Of a DNA stretch of 64,000 bases, positions 25,246-38,598 are shown in pieces; the stretch's first letter is position 1, and each line of letters begins with the position of its first letter. The notes beneath the pieces were generated by a model. The model was not told where the DNA came from. It searched no databases and saw only the letters and a program-made list of their open reading frames with translations. Source of the DNA: Eledone cirrhosa (Eukaryota). Where the stretch lies: NCBI GenBank assembly GCA_964016885.1, contig OZ024742.1, positions 106,888,001 through 106,952,000 of the forward strand. The letters run 5' to 3'. Made by a program: the position numbers and the translations under genes.

Positions 25246-27954
25246 CAATGCTTTGATAACTTTCAATCAGGGAAATAGTTTAATAATAATCAGATTACAT
25301 TATGAAAATGAAGTTACAAGTTGCTATGACAACTGCTGGTTTTCAACAACACAGATGGGGTGATGGTGGTGGGAAGAATATCAGTGCAACCAATTCCAAA
25401 TCCATAATCTCCAAACAAAGCTGTTGTGGGCTTTTTTAATGTTATTTGATATGAGACCAGAGCATAGAACCAAATGGCTGTAGATTTATTTATATGACAA
25501 CAGATTAGACCCCTGGACCGTTTTTGCCAGATAATTTGTTGTTGTTGGTGGTGGTGGTGGTGCTGTCAACTCAAGCCGAACACAGACCTATGATCAAAGA
25601 CATTCCAGTACTGACAAGTCTGTTGTTTTTTGTGGGTTTTTTAGTCATATCCAAGACCACATTATTCATTGTATCCACTCTTTTCATAGGGTGTGGTTTT
25701 AGAAGGTTGCGTGACTACCTAGATGTTCACCTTGTTAGCTCAATAAGGTTTTATTCTGTTGGTGCCACAACAAAAAAGCACCCAGTTTAACCTGTAAGGT
25801 GATTGATTGTATTGGTGTCATGACTAAAAGCAGTCAGTCCATCCTGTAAGATGGCAGTGTTGGTGCCATGAAAAAAGCTTCTAGTTCATGCTGAAAAGAG
25901 GTTGGCATTAGGAAGGGCATCCAGTTGTAGCCAAAAACAGATTGTATGAGGAAAACAAAGTCACCTGAACTGTCTAGCCACATAACATGACAACCCGTCT
26001 AACACATGCAAGCATGGAAAATAGACATTAAATGATGATGATTATGATGAGTTGGTAGTAGAGAGATGGTAACTATGGCATTTTCAAACCAGATTCTTTC
26101 ACACTAGAAGTCAGCTAAAACTTCAGCAGATTTTTTTTTTAACTTGATAGTCAAAGAGAGAGAGAGGCAATGCCTGTGACCCTTTACAGAGCCATCAAAA
26201 ATGATCTGAGAGAAAATGTAAGGTATCCTCAAGCTGAAGACTTCACCCAAATCTTACAATAATGTGAGCTCTGTTAAAAGCACCCAGGGGCCATATTATG
26301 GTATAAAACCAAGCAATGGATTAAGTCTACCACCCCAGTAGGTCGCAGTGGAATTTAAATTTAGGACATAAAGAGGTAAAACCAGTACTCCAAAGTATCT
26401 TGTGTGAAGCTCTAATAAACTCTGTCAATCCACTGCTCTGTACTGGTATTTTATTTTATTGATCGCAAAAGAATGAAATACAAAACTGACCTCAATGAGA
26501 TTTGCAGCCAGAGCACAGAATGCCAGAACTAATACCATAAGCCATTTTGCTCTACACTCTACCAACTTTGCTAATTCATTGCTATTGTTGTTTAACAAGC
26601 AAATATCCCTCAAATAAAAGGACACACTAAATACACTTGTCTGGGAAAAAGAAAATGACTGGGTGTACATGGAATGGGCCTCCATCAGTTTCAATGATGA
26701 GCGTTCCAATTGTTCAACCAATGGAATGGCCAGCACATGAAATTAATGTGTATGTGGGTGACCATTCCACAGATAGTGTACCCTTAATGTAATTATCAGA
26801 TTCAGCATGACACAATGTATGACAAGTCTGACCCTTTGAATTACAGGTATAGTTCATCAGACAGGCTTCTAAACAGTGTCTACCCAATTTCATTCACAAG
26901 GCAATGGGTCAACCTGAAGATATGTTAACTGACACTTGCCCAAAATGACACGGTTGGAAAGCTTCCAACACAGTTGTCTCCTCTGAAAACACACAAAACC
27001 CAGGGTAACATATTAAATCTACCACTCAAGAATAATTAGTCCGACAGGCTTTCTTGAAGTTCCCAGCAGCCCAATTTCACACACATGGCTTAAATTGATT
27101 TGAACCTATGGTAGATGATGATGGTCCAAGATACTATGCAACACCTGAATCATACTTCTTTCCTCCCTTTTCCCCCACTAGGCTTGGAGGCCCTGCAGAA
27201 AGATCATGGGCAGGTTCCTTCCGTTATTGACTAAGCCATAAAAAAACTATACAAACCCTATACAAACCAGTATATTACAGGTATGTCTATGTTACAGATG
27301 ATATATCTGCTATTCTATAGAGATAACAGACAAAAAGAATCTTGGCATGGAACAGCTGCTTAGTTTATTTTAATCTCAGAAACACAAGGAATCCAACTGG
27401 ACACTGTCCAGATCTGACTAAAGAATGACCAAACCTGGAGTGGACATTACCTTGGTCTGAACTTGAGAATTCCATGCTGGGTAAACAGTATTAAGACATG
27501 GACTAGACACTATCCAAACTTGAAATAGGGAGCATTCAGATGTGACAATCTATTATTAGACACCACCCAATTTGGTTCAGCACTTCAACACAATCGACTA
27601 TAGCTGACATTCATAACAATATATCAGGATTCAATAGAAAGGTTGTGAGATGAGGATGGAAGAGCAATAGTGTACAAGAGGGAAAAGTGAGGGATAGAAA
27701 AGTTGAAAGAGCGAAGTAAAATAAGAGAAGCATGTATATATATATATATCCTTTTGTCACCTTACTTCACACTGTTAGAGAGAGAGAGAGAGAAAGAGAA
27801 AGAAAAGCTGAGAGGAGGAGAAATATATATATATATATATATATATCTTTTCCAACCCTTGTTAAAAGGGAAAGCCGGCGTTAAATGATGATAACAATTT
27901 TATATTTATTTATTTATCTATATATATTTTCATTTTACGTCCACTTTTCCCTGC

Positions 27955-28179
27955 TAAGGAAAAGAAACTGAAAATGCAACTGGAGTCTTTTAAAAATATT
28001 TATTTACTTTACCAGTTTCACAGTTCTTATGATTTTCAAAAGTAAAATTGAGATGGAGCATTAGAAACACAAACTCTCCATCTCAATTTTACTTTTGAAA
28101 ATCATAAGAACTGTGAAACTGGTAAAGCAAATAAATATTCTTAAAAGACTCCAGTTGCATTTTCAATTTCTGATCCTTA
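27955..28179. repeat. Long inverted repeat, ~104-bp arms, 17-nt loop
   Basis: 27955-28058 is the reverse complement of 28076-28179, with about 5 mismatches by hand comparison. Confidence 0.92.
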
Positions 28180-28395
28180 TATGTTTACCCATGTGGGACA
28201 TTTTTAAAAAAAACCTCATTTTCATTTATACACAATCTACTTTTAGAAACATTGAGTGATAAAAATTGTTTGAATTTGAAAGAAGCACCAATGTTAAAAT
28301 AGTCTAATAAGTTGTGCATATAAACCCTGAAGTTAGAAAAAAAAATTGTATAAAGAGGGAGGGGAGCAGGTCTAGAAGTGAAGAATTAAGCATAC

Positions 28396-28591
28396 CTAGT
28401 CGATGCTTCATAGCAATCTCCGTCCTCTCCACTTCCCACTTGTCTGGCTCAGGGCTAAAACCAAAAACTGTCGGTTTGTTTCGTTTTGGTGCCGGGTATA
28501 AGAGCGTTGTAACTAAACCATCTGCATGAATAGAATGGTGGTGGACTAATTCAGCCAATGTGTTAAATTTGTGCTCTGCTGTAACATAAAC
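28396..28591 (-). CDS. Abl: Abl SH2 C-terminal half, SH2-kinase linker and kinase start ([65 protein letters not shown])
   Basis: ttccag acceptor, gtatgc donor; 196 bp, phase 0-1; the Abl-diagnostic [12 protein letters not shown] and [10 protein letters not shown] motifs. Confidence 0.98.
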
Positions 28592-30124
28592 CTGGAAGTA
28601 CAGAGTCAAGAGAGAGAGAGAAAGAGAGTGAGAACATAATTAAAGGTTTATATTTCCACATAGATATCAGTGGGTTTAATCAAATTAACAACAACATTAT
28701 CATCGATTTTATGTCTGCTTTTTCCATAGGTTAGAAGAGGTTTTTTTTAAGCCTACCAATATGTTACCCAGGATTTTTAAAAAAATCATTATTTCAAAAC
28801 TGGATGTACCATCACCCAGTGTCTCTTTCAAAGTAGAGTGAAATGATTTAAAGAAACATTATTTCAATACTGGACATTGTGTTGTATAAATGCTGTCTTT
28901 GAACATAAAATGAAGTGATTTAAAGAAATGTTATTGCAATATTGGACATACCATTATCCAGGATTTGAAGAAACAATCTCAAAACTGAGGTGTTCAGTTA
29001 GAGAGAATACCTTGATTTCCAGTAGCAGCATCCTTAGGGGTAGACAGGTACACTGGTTTTCACCTGACTCTCATTTTTGGCTCTGGAACATTTTTCAGAC
29101 AGATCCCAGTAACTGTTTCTGCTGGCAGATTAAACATACTAAAAGGCTGGATGCTTGAAGAGGAGATGTGCATTGTCAAGCATTTCTAAGGCCTACTGAA
29201 ATGCCATGATGGACACACAGTCAAACGTCTAGAGTGACACCCCAACGACTGGCTGAACCAGTTACAGGAATTTAAAGGATTGATGTAGCAGCGACATATC
29301 TTGAACTACTACACTAGGGGACATAATGCATATACAAACATCACTGCTTGCTTTGTACAGCAGTATTGATATGAAGATGTTTACAGTGACTGACATGCAT
29401 ATGCATACAAACATGTGCATATATATATATAGAGGGAGAAAAACCATGCCAAACTGGAATGTAAGAGCAAGACATGGACAGCTACCCTGTCTACTCTAAG
29501 AATAGGACAACACATGGAATAGACATAAAATGATGCTGGCATTGATGATGATAAACTTCCTTACAGTTTCTATCTACCAAATATGGTAAACAAAATATTT
29601 CACAAAATTCAAATAATAAGTTTATATGCCCTGAGGTGATATGCATTCTAACGTTTCACAGGCAGAGCCCTTTTTCAGAGAACTTGAGCACGAATCTAGG
29701 ATGAGATGGGGCATAAAATCTTAAATAGGAACCCTGCCTGTAACATTAGTATCCACAACTCCCTTCAGAATACAAACTTATTCAAATTTAAAAATACAAA
29801 CAACAAAAGAAAAGAAATACAAAAAAAGCAGGGCTAGAGTTGTCAAAACAGATAAATGGTGGCAGTTTCTTCATGTGGTATGTCCATCCTACCTGATGAT
29901 TGACAAACCAGAAACCTTCCTAACTGATAAAATATAATGGGAAGATTTTTTTTAGTCAACCTAAATAAATAAAAAATGGTCTCAACATATTTTTGGGTCG
30001 TTTTTTAATTTTAATTTATTTTTGAAGGTGTTGTATATATATATATATATATATTATATATATTATATATATATATGCACATAGCTTAGTGGTTAGTGCA
30101 TTGGCCTTGCAATCGAAAGGTTGC

Positions 30125-31670
30125 CCGAAAGTGTAGTGGCATGTCGCCGGACCGAGTTTCGGAAAGTATGTCGATGTTGGTAGAGCCGGGTCTTGAAGTC
30201 ACACGCGGTTAATCCTATATAAGCTTTGTTGGAGGTGTCCGTCCTCGTGTTGCACTGGTAGATCACGTTACGTTCTAGGCATTTGTTGTTGAGGGGGCAC
30301 GTAGATCTATCAGGGCAGTTACACCTCCTGGTCGGCTCTCCACTGATGTCTAGGTTATTTCTTCCATAGGGGTTGAGTTTTTTGTTGTTTGAGGAGACGA
30401 TGTTGTGTGTGAAGTTAGGTGTGGTGCTGTAAGAGAGTTTGATGCTGTTTTTGTTGATTATGTTGTGGTAGCGGTGTTATAGTGGGAAGTGTTTTTCGAG
30501 GAGTCTAAAGAAGATTTTCCCTGATAGGTGTTGCCACCTCGGCATTATGGGGAGAATTGAACCACGTTACGTTGCGTCAGCGGTGGTGTCGCCTGCTGGT
30601 TCTGTTAAGGGAAGCTGGATAAAAGGATATTTCCTCCCGGAAGCCACTCCGCTTGAGGGCCTGGTTGTAATGTGGCGCGTGTTCGTCGAATATCTGCTCA
30701 TTAGCGGAAAACGAGATATGCAGAGGGAGATGTTTTTAACCAGGTTATTGGTGATGTTTCTAGGATGGTTAGAGCGGCGGTGGATGTAGTGCAGGTTGTT
30801 GTTTGGTTTTCTGTATGGGTAGTACAGATCATTTTCGAGGTTAATGGTAACGTCCAGGAAATTGACTCGGGTTAGGGACGTTTGTAGGGTGATTTTAAAT
30901 CCCCAGTCCCGGAAGAAGTTGATTAGTTGTTTACGGACCCGGTCTGTACTACTGGGCTTGTACCCTTTGAGGGTGAGGAGCCCATCATCCCAGTACAATC
31001 CACTGCCGAATGCAGGAAATATTTCAGTGAGTTTAAATAGTAGGAATAATCCTATAAGATCTGTGACTTCGGCTGAATCCGTCGCGCCCATACTTACGTT
31101 GAAGGGGGAGTCAGGAGCTCTCTTTATCCACTTGGAGTTGTCGAAAAGAAGGACTGTCTTCCTGGCGTGGAGAATGATATTTCTTTCCTGGTCAGTGATG
31201 GGTGTGAGTGTTTCGGCAAAGTCCAAGGCGGCTGTAAGGAGCAGTAAGGTAATAGATGCATAGTAACTCTCTATGTCAAACCGGATGAATTTTTTTGTGT
31301 CTCATTTGTCCTCCATATTCCTGAACCATGAGATTACTTCCTGGGTGCTGACCCATAGGCTAAGTCTCACGTTTTGCTTAACTTTTGGTATAACTCAGTC
31401 TAGAATCTTTTTACTGATTCTCCCTATGTCCGACTTCGTTGGGCTTATAAGCCTAATGGATGGTTTGCGGTCGTAGTCGGATTTGTGGTCCTTCAGTGTG
31501 AAGTAGGGAGTCCGTGGGTCTAGGGGTTCAGTGCGGTCGGCGACCCCAAGGCTGGAGGTAATTTGTTGTCTATTTCGATTTATGTCCTCGATAATTGAAT
31601 GGTTAGCCTTTTTATAGGTGGAGTTTAGGCTGCTCCTGATCAGTGTGTGGTATCTGTCAGGGTACATATC
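30125..31670 (-). mobile_element. Penelope-like element (RT plus GIY-YIG endonuclease), frameshifted; the Cys-rich linker suggests the Neptune clade
   Basis: YFTLKDHK...RLISPTKSDIGRISK; FNVSMGATDSAEVTDLIG...GLYWDDGL...VNFLDV; RCNCPDRSTCPLNNKC...VIYQC...AYIGLT...FKTRLYQH. Confidence 0.88.
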
Positions 31671-32015
31671 ACTTTAAATGCTTGACCGCTCCACTCACTC
31701 CCCTATTGTTCTACAGGCAAGTTCAGCCACCCCTACCTCCCACCAGATGCCATGATAGACTTATTTGTGTTTACAACAAATCTTAGCCAATCCTCTTGAC
31801 AACTACAATCTTCCCATATAAGGAAGTACCCCCTTGACAAGTTCGGCTATTTATTCACCAGGCTAAACATTCTAATTTAGTCCAGAAATAGCAATCGAAA
31901 CGGCTTGAGCTCTGCCGTCGGGATCATACTTTTTCCTATTTCCCGGTCTACTACTCTAAGTATTGAGTACTCTGGTGTGTTATGGTCCATCTGGTTCCTT
32001 ACCACATTTCCTTTG

Positions 32016-32056
<41 letters not shown>

Positions 32057-33960
32057 TATATATTAAATGGTAATGATGATACAAGTGTATTATCATTTTC
32101 TGGAAATTAAAAAAATGTGTGTGTGTGCGTGCGTGCAATACATATATTATTTCTCTTACAGTAGATAAGAGCACTGAAAAATGTACAGTAAACTACGCAT
32201 CCACTTATAGTGTCCCACATATGCATCAGTAAGTAGTGATAGATCGACCTATCACTAACTATTATATATCACTCTAAAGAAGACACACACATACATGCAC
32301 ACACTTATACACACACACAAGCTTGCAACAACATTGTAATAGAGAAGAATGTGACTTGCTGCAGACCCAGTGAGATGTTTATATTACTACATGACTGTAC
32401 TTGCTTCACCTAACACAAACACACCATGTAGCTCCTGATAACAACAAAGAGAGAAAAAACTTGTTAGTGGCTGGGAATGGGAATACTGGTGGACTAGATA
32501 ATTGAACAAATGATAAGTATTAATGTAAATAATGTTATAAGTATTGATGTAAAAAAAAAAGTATTATCAACAAATAAGAGGGGGGAGAGAGGGGGGGGAT
32601 TAGGAGCACTTAGTGGAGTCAAGATGTTATAGTATAACAGTGAGAGTGAGGTCTTTGTATATTTAAAATTTACACACAAACATGCACACACACATGAATT
32701 TCTTATCTCAGACATGTTGCTACAATAAGAAGTTTGCTTTCCAATCACAAGGTCCTGGCTTAGCCTTACATTTGTACCTGTAAATAGTTATTTGTCCAAA
32801 ACTACTTACACATGTAATCGTGTATGTCATTTATGCTGAAAAGTTATGTAAGTTATGTAAGTTATCCTAGAAAGAAATTATTAAAATATTTTATCTTTAA
32901 TCACTCCCACATGTCAGTAATTAAAATAAACTATAGGGTTTTCAAAACTATTAATTGACCAAAATGCAAATTTCCCAATTTATATGATTATTCATGTATC
33001 CAGTCATACTGGTATATATGGCATACCAGTCCAGGGCTCAAAAATTAGATACATTCAACAATAAGTTCTAAAGCCAAGTGGAACAACTTTCACTGGTTAC
33101 TGGACACCCCCATTGACACCAAGTGTCCAATAGACTGATGCTGAGGTAAAAATGAAGATCTTATCAAGGGCTCAATTGAAAGAAGAGGAATAAAATAAAG
33201 AAAAACAACCAGTCAAAATAACCTCTATAACAAAATAGCATCTACTATATAAAAAATGAATCATCGTCATCATTTTATGTCTGCTTTCCACACCAGCCTG
33301 AGCTGGAGGGTTGTTACAGTCAGAGACCAGATGAGCCAGAGCAACCCATTTTGCTTGTTATGTTACATATTTGGTATGGTTTCTCTAGCTCGATGCTCTT
33401 TCTACTGCCAAACATTACTAGATGTATTGGGTGTTCAACTCTGTCAACGCTGCCCTAATCTCATGGTGGCACTAAACCTACATTGGTTTGAGTCAAAACA
33501 ATAATAACAGAAAAACTAATTGCTATAATTAATTAGTACATCTTTTTACTGCCTATGTCATCACTTTGCTCTAGGAGTGTTAAAATAATGAGTGATATTT
33601 ACCACCAGGCATTGTATAGTTTACCATACACACAACATGCAGTAAAACAGACATTAAATGACGATAACAGACACAGATTGTGTGTGTCCTAGTTTTGAAA
33701 ATAGATACACTGCTTGTCATAAGGACAATGAAAAGATGATCTAGAAGGACATCGGATGTAAAATTTTTGTTCAACCCATGCCAGTACAGAAAAACAGGTG
33801 AAAAAGAAGTATTGTTGGTGGTAGGGGTGGTGATGGCAGCAGTAGTGGTGGTTTTGGAAACGGCAGTGACAGGGAAACAGGACTAGATAAACACTTTCAC
33901 ACCTGAGATGTTTGTTAAAAACTCATCAATGTTTCTATAAATCCTTCTTTGAAAGATTAA

Positions 33961-34199
33961 CCCTTCTGATACCAAATCACCTAAAACCACAGCTGGTTTT
34001 ATATTACTAAGCAGTATATTTTAAGGTGTTTATATTTATCTAAAATCCTTCCATCAAAACTTTAAGTCATGCTCCAAACACCAGCTTAATAATGAGAAAA
34101 TTAATTATATTACAAAATCCTTTCAAATTCTTGATTATATTCAAAATGACTTGAAAATCATATGCAGAGTATTTCATTAGAGATATGGTAATGAAAGTG
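33961..34199. mobile_element. piggyBac-like MITE (~240 bp); related copies at ~6.8, 14.5-14.8, 17.0, 18.0-18.2, 60.3 and 62.4 kb
   Basis: Flanked by TTAA on both sides; begins CCCTT; imperfect terminal inverted repeat; shared internal motif accagcttaataatgagaaa. Confidence 0.55.
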
Positions 34200-37100
34200 T
34201 TAAGAATTACCAAATGTTTCTATGTGGATTAAAATTACCCAGTGCATTACTGGTACTTTATTTTATCGACCCTGTAAGGATGAAAGAAGTTAACCTCGGC
34301 GGGATTTGAACTCAAAATGGCAAGGGCCGTAACCCTACCGATACTGCCAATCCATCGATTAAAATAATGCTAAGCTACAGAAGAGCTAGCAGTCATATTA
34401 TAAGAATTCCAAAGATTAAAAAAACACCAAAAGTGAGAGGACTGATTGAAAAAGAGAATTCTACTTTAGCAACATTTTATCTAGAACTCCAAATATAAAA
34501 CAAGAATGAATAAAAGAAAAACAGCTTCAAAAATAATAAAATACAATCTATACAAACATTTGTTATAAAACAAAGCAGCTTTATATTAGTATTAATGTGT
34601 GTGTGTGTGTGTGTGTTTAATTTTAAAAAAAAAGAGAAAGAAAACAAATATATTTATCTTTGTTTTATCATCTTGGAACATATGCAAGGTTTAATAGACA
34701 GTCAGTAATTAATTAATTATGATAATAGTGCTTTTTATTGTACAAATTGTTTGCTGAATCAGTAAAACGTACCCAGTAGAAGTAAAGAGAACTAAAACTG
34801 TTTCCAGAGGCAGTTATTCTGGAAGTTTTTTCTCGGGTCCCTCATGTACTCTGAAGGGTGGAGTTGAAATAATTCAAGAACAATTCTATAGTATATGACA
34901 TGGAAGACAATGTTGTTAGAATTTTTTTTTTTTTTTGGGGGGGGGGGTTGCTGTAGGTCAGGCATGTCCCAGCAGTCCCACGATCAAAGGCGTTCCAGCT
35001 GTTATCATCTGGTTTTGTATTTCAGATACAATGTCTCTATGACTGCATTATCCTATATCTCTTAACCTTTTTTAACTCAACACTCTGTAATAATTTAGCA
35101 AACATACTAAAAAACTGGTTTGTTAATTCAAATGTTTATAGTATCTTTATTAATAGGCAGATCAATGTGAAGATTTGCAGTATTAGAGTAACAAATTTAA
35201 ATTTCTTTATATAAAGCAGTCATTTTTTTCTAAAAATAATGCATATGTAAATTTGTTAATTGACTAACAACTTGTAATGATTTAGCAGATAATATCTAAA
35301 AACAGGCTTGTTAATTCAAATGTTTATAGAATCTTTAATGGTTTAATGTAATGTAGTCATAGTGATGTTTTACTCTTTTCAAGAATGTTTTACAAATGCA
35401 ATTTCTTATGGTACAGTTAAGACAGTGTAGTGTGATTTGGTGGGGATTTAACTGCTATTTCTAGAAAGCTAAGCAACAGTTCAGATGTCCCTTTGTTGGC
35501 TTGACACATCACTCAAACCCAGAGATACAGAGATTGTAACTGAAGTGAGTAGCTGTAAGCCAAGGTGTTGCAGATCAAATCATACCTAAACAAATTACTG
35601 GTATATAAAGCAAAGAAGTAAAATGTGGATTGGGTAGATAGGATACTGTACTATCATCTATCTCAGCAGCGGAGTGGCAGAGTCGACAGAATATTGGATA
35701 GAATATGATTTATGGCATTTGTTCCAGTTCTCTGAGTCCAAATCCCAACAATGTTCAGTTTCTTTTTTGTCCTCTCAACATCAATAAATAGAGTACCAGT
35801 TCAATACTGGGGTTGGTTCTTCTTTTATACCCTCTCCGAATCTGGAAGAAATCAACTATGTTCTGACTTGGGGAGAAATGGGCTCCACCAGGTTTAGATG
35901 TCCAGTGACACCACCCCCTATAACTCCAGCAGGAGTTAGGGTCACATGACATGTCACTTTCTATTCATAGGTTATGATGTCTGCTGAATAAACACTGCTT
36001 CTTTACTGTCTCACTTCACTTCACTTCACTTAGTTGTTAGCAGTAGGAACCAGATCATTTGGAAATGCTATCTACAACAGACTAGCATCATAACCAGGAA
36101 GTGGTTTATCTTATCACTTGTCTGTTTAACAAACTCATTAACATATTTCTAAAGACACTTACTTTGTTAACTTTGATAGGTTTCGGCCAGTATTGGCCCA
36201 GGCCATGTCTAACTTAATAGCACCACCTGGCTATGGTTTTTAAATCATTTTGAAAATAGTACTAGGATTTAACAATATAACTAACCACCATCATCATTTA
36301 ACATGTTTTCTCTAATAGTATAGACCAAGTCAGTACATAATCAGAGCCACTGACCTTTCAGTTGGGTTGGGGGATGCATTTCTTACATTTGTTTCTGCAC
36401 TTAACAGGGTACACTGGTTGCATTTTTTCATGGCACCAGCCTTAGGGGGATTGTCATACCTTTGACTCAAGTGAAGAGTTACCTCGACTCTTTGTTTAGC
36501 AAGTTTTCTATAACTGGAACCCTTCCTATCACCAACCACTTTAAAGTGTATACTGGGTGCAAGTTATGTCATCAAAACTAGAGAGGTTGATACAAATGAA
36601 GAAATCTCTTGACCCTTTGTCTGGCAAGTTTTCTACAGCTGGATACCCTTCCTTTCACCAACCACTTTATGCAATGTACTATATGCATTTTATCATGTCA
36701 CCAACACTAAAGAGGTTGCCACACTCTTAACACAGTTGAAGAGTCTTCTTGATCCTTTTTGGCATAGTTTCTACTTTTTCATCATTTAACTATTGTTTAG
36801 AACATAACAAAAGTTCTTACATAAAATTATGATGCAAGTTTTTTAGATAAATATAAACATTTTAAAATAACCAGCTTTGTGTTAAAGATCCAGAGGCAGT
36901 TTCATACAATTTGTTGATCAAATGTCCAACAACAATAACATATATTCAAAGTTTAGTAAAGTTATGTGCAATATCTTAATCTGATGACGTTTTAGACAGT
37001 TTAGTGTCCAGCTTGTGTTCCCCAAAAAGGGTTTCATAAAAATATTCTAGCGTTCAACAAGATAAGGTGTCTTTTAATAAAATTTATTATATATATTTTT

Positions 37101-38022
37101 TGTAAAGTGAAACTGCTGGTGCCACAAGAAAATGCACCAAGTACATCCTGTGAGGTAATTGGCATCAGGAAGGGCATTTAACCATTGAAACCATGCCAAA
37201 TATGGAGCAAAATGAAATCACCTGGATCCATCTGATCTCAGACCATGATAACCCGCCCAAACCATGCCAGCATGGAAAGGTGACATAAAATTACACTGAT
37301 GATGATGATGATGATGATGATGATCAACAAATTCTCACTCTAAAAAACATTTGTTTCATTTAATGTTTTAATCAAATTAAGGTGGTGGGTTCCAAATTCA
37401 TATAAGGGTTCTATGACAAAATAAGTTTAGGAACCACCGGTCTAATAGTTGGACAGAAGTTGAACAGGTTGGACACAGTTGCTGATAAGAGCAAGGGTGA
37501 AATTCTACCACTAAGTGCGCTTAAGTTGCTGACACTTGAGAGCAACATATTTGATTCTGCAAGGTAAAAGTGGGGTGGGGGATGATAGTTAAATCTCTCA
37601 TCACTACAACACCACTCAACCAAGTTAATATTTCACACCTACAAGATGGACTAAAAAGAGAACAAATGAAATTGATTGGATGTTTGAGATAACATTGGGG
37701 ATGGTGATGGTAGTTGAGGCTGGGCAATGTTTGAATGACTTACTCATGGTTTTGAATTACAATTTTGCCAGAAATGAGCTCATCCAACTAAAAACTAACA
37801 AATTTACTAGCATACAATCTGAGGGAAAGTGTGCATACATGTCTGGGTATGTGAGTACATGCGTGTGTGTTGTCAATGTTTTTGCATATGTGAATTAAAA
37901 AAAAAAAGTGTGTAGGAGGTTAAGTTTTTAGGCAAATCTTTAGTGCCTCAATGAAACTAAGTTAAGCTTGAACCACATATAGAGGAAACAAACAAAAATA
38001 CAGTTCAATTCCCCAAGTGTAG

Positions 38023-38058
<36 letters not shown>

Positions 38059-38098
38059 TCGTCGTCATCATTTTATGTCCACTTTTCCCTGCTTGCAA

Positions 38099-38141
<43 letters not shown>

Positions 38142-38211
38142 CCACCCTTGCAAGCAGGGAGAAGCGGACGTAAAATGATCATAATGATGATGATGGTGAT
38201 ATCTATCTATA

Positions 38212-38254
<43 letters not shown>

Positions 38255-38526
38255 TATTTAATGTTGTAATTTACTGCTAGCAAGGATTGGGCGAGTCGGC
38301 ATAGTCCAAGCCAATACGCACCTGGAGTCACAGTCCTCCCCAATGGGTGGGGGTGAGAGAGATTAGAGGCATCCTCTTACATATATTCTACTGAGTGCAC
38401 TGGGTGTGTTTTATCAAGGAACCATCACTTTGTTTGGCAACTTTTCTATGGGTGGATGGCCTTATCAATGACCATTTTATACACATACATATATATATGA
38501 ATGCATATATATATATACATGTATAC

Positions 38527-38557
<31 letters not shown>

Positions 38558-38598
38558 CATATATATATACATGTATACATATATATATATACATATAT

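Noticed and set aside
31897-31919. GAAACGGC...GCCGUC hammerhead stem III half-site near the PLE (plus strand)
   Set aside because: No CUGANGA core in the required position.
37744-37787. Possible minus-strand micro-exon (ttttag...gtaagt) upstream of the SH2 exon
   Set aside because: No similarity to Abl SH3 or SH2 in any frame; splice-like signals are frequent by chance in AT-rich DNA.
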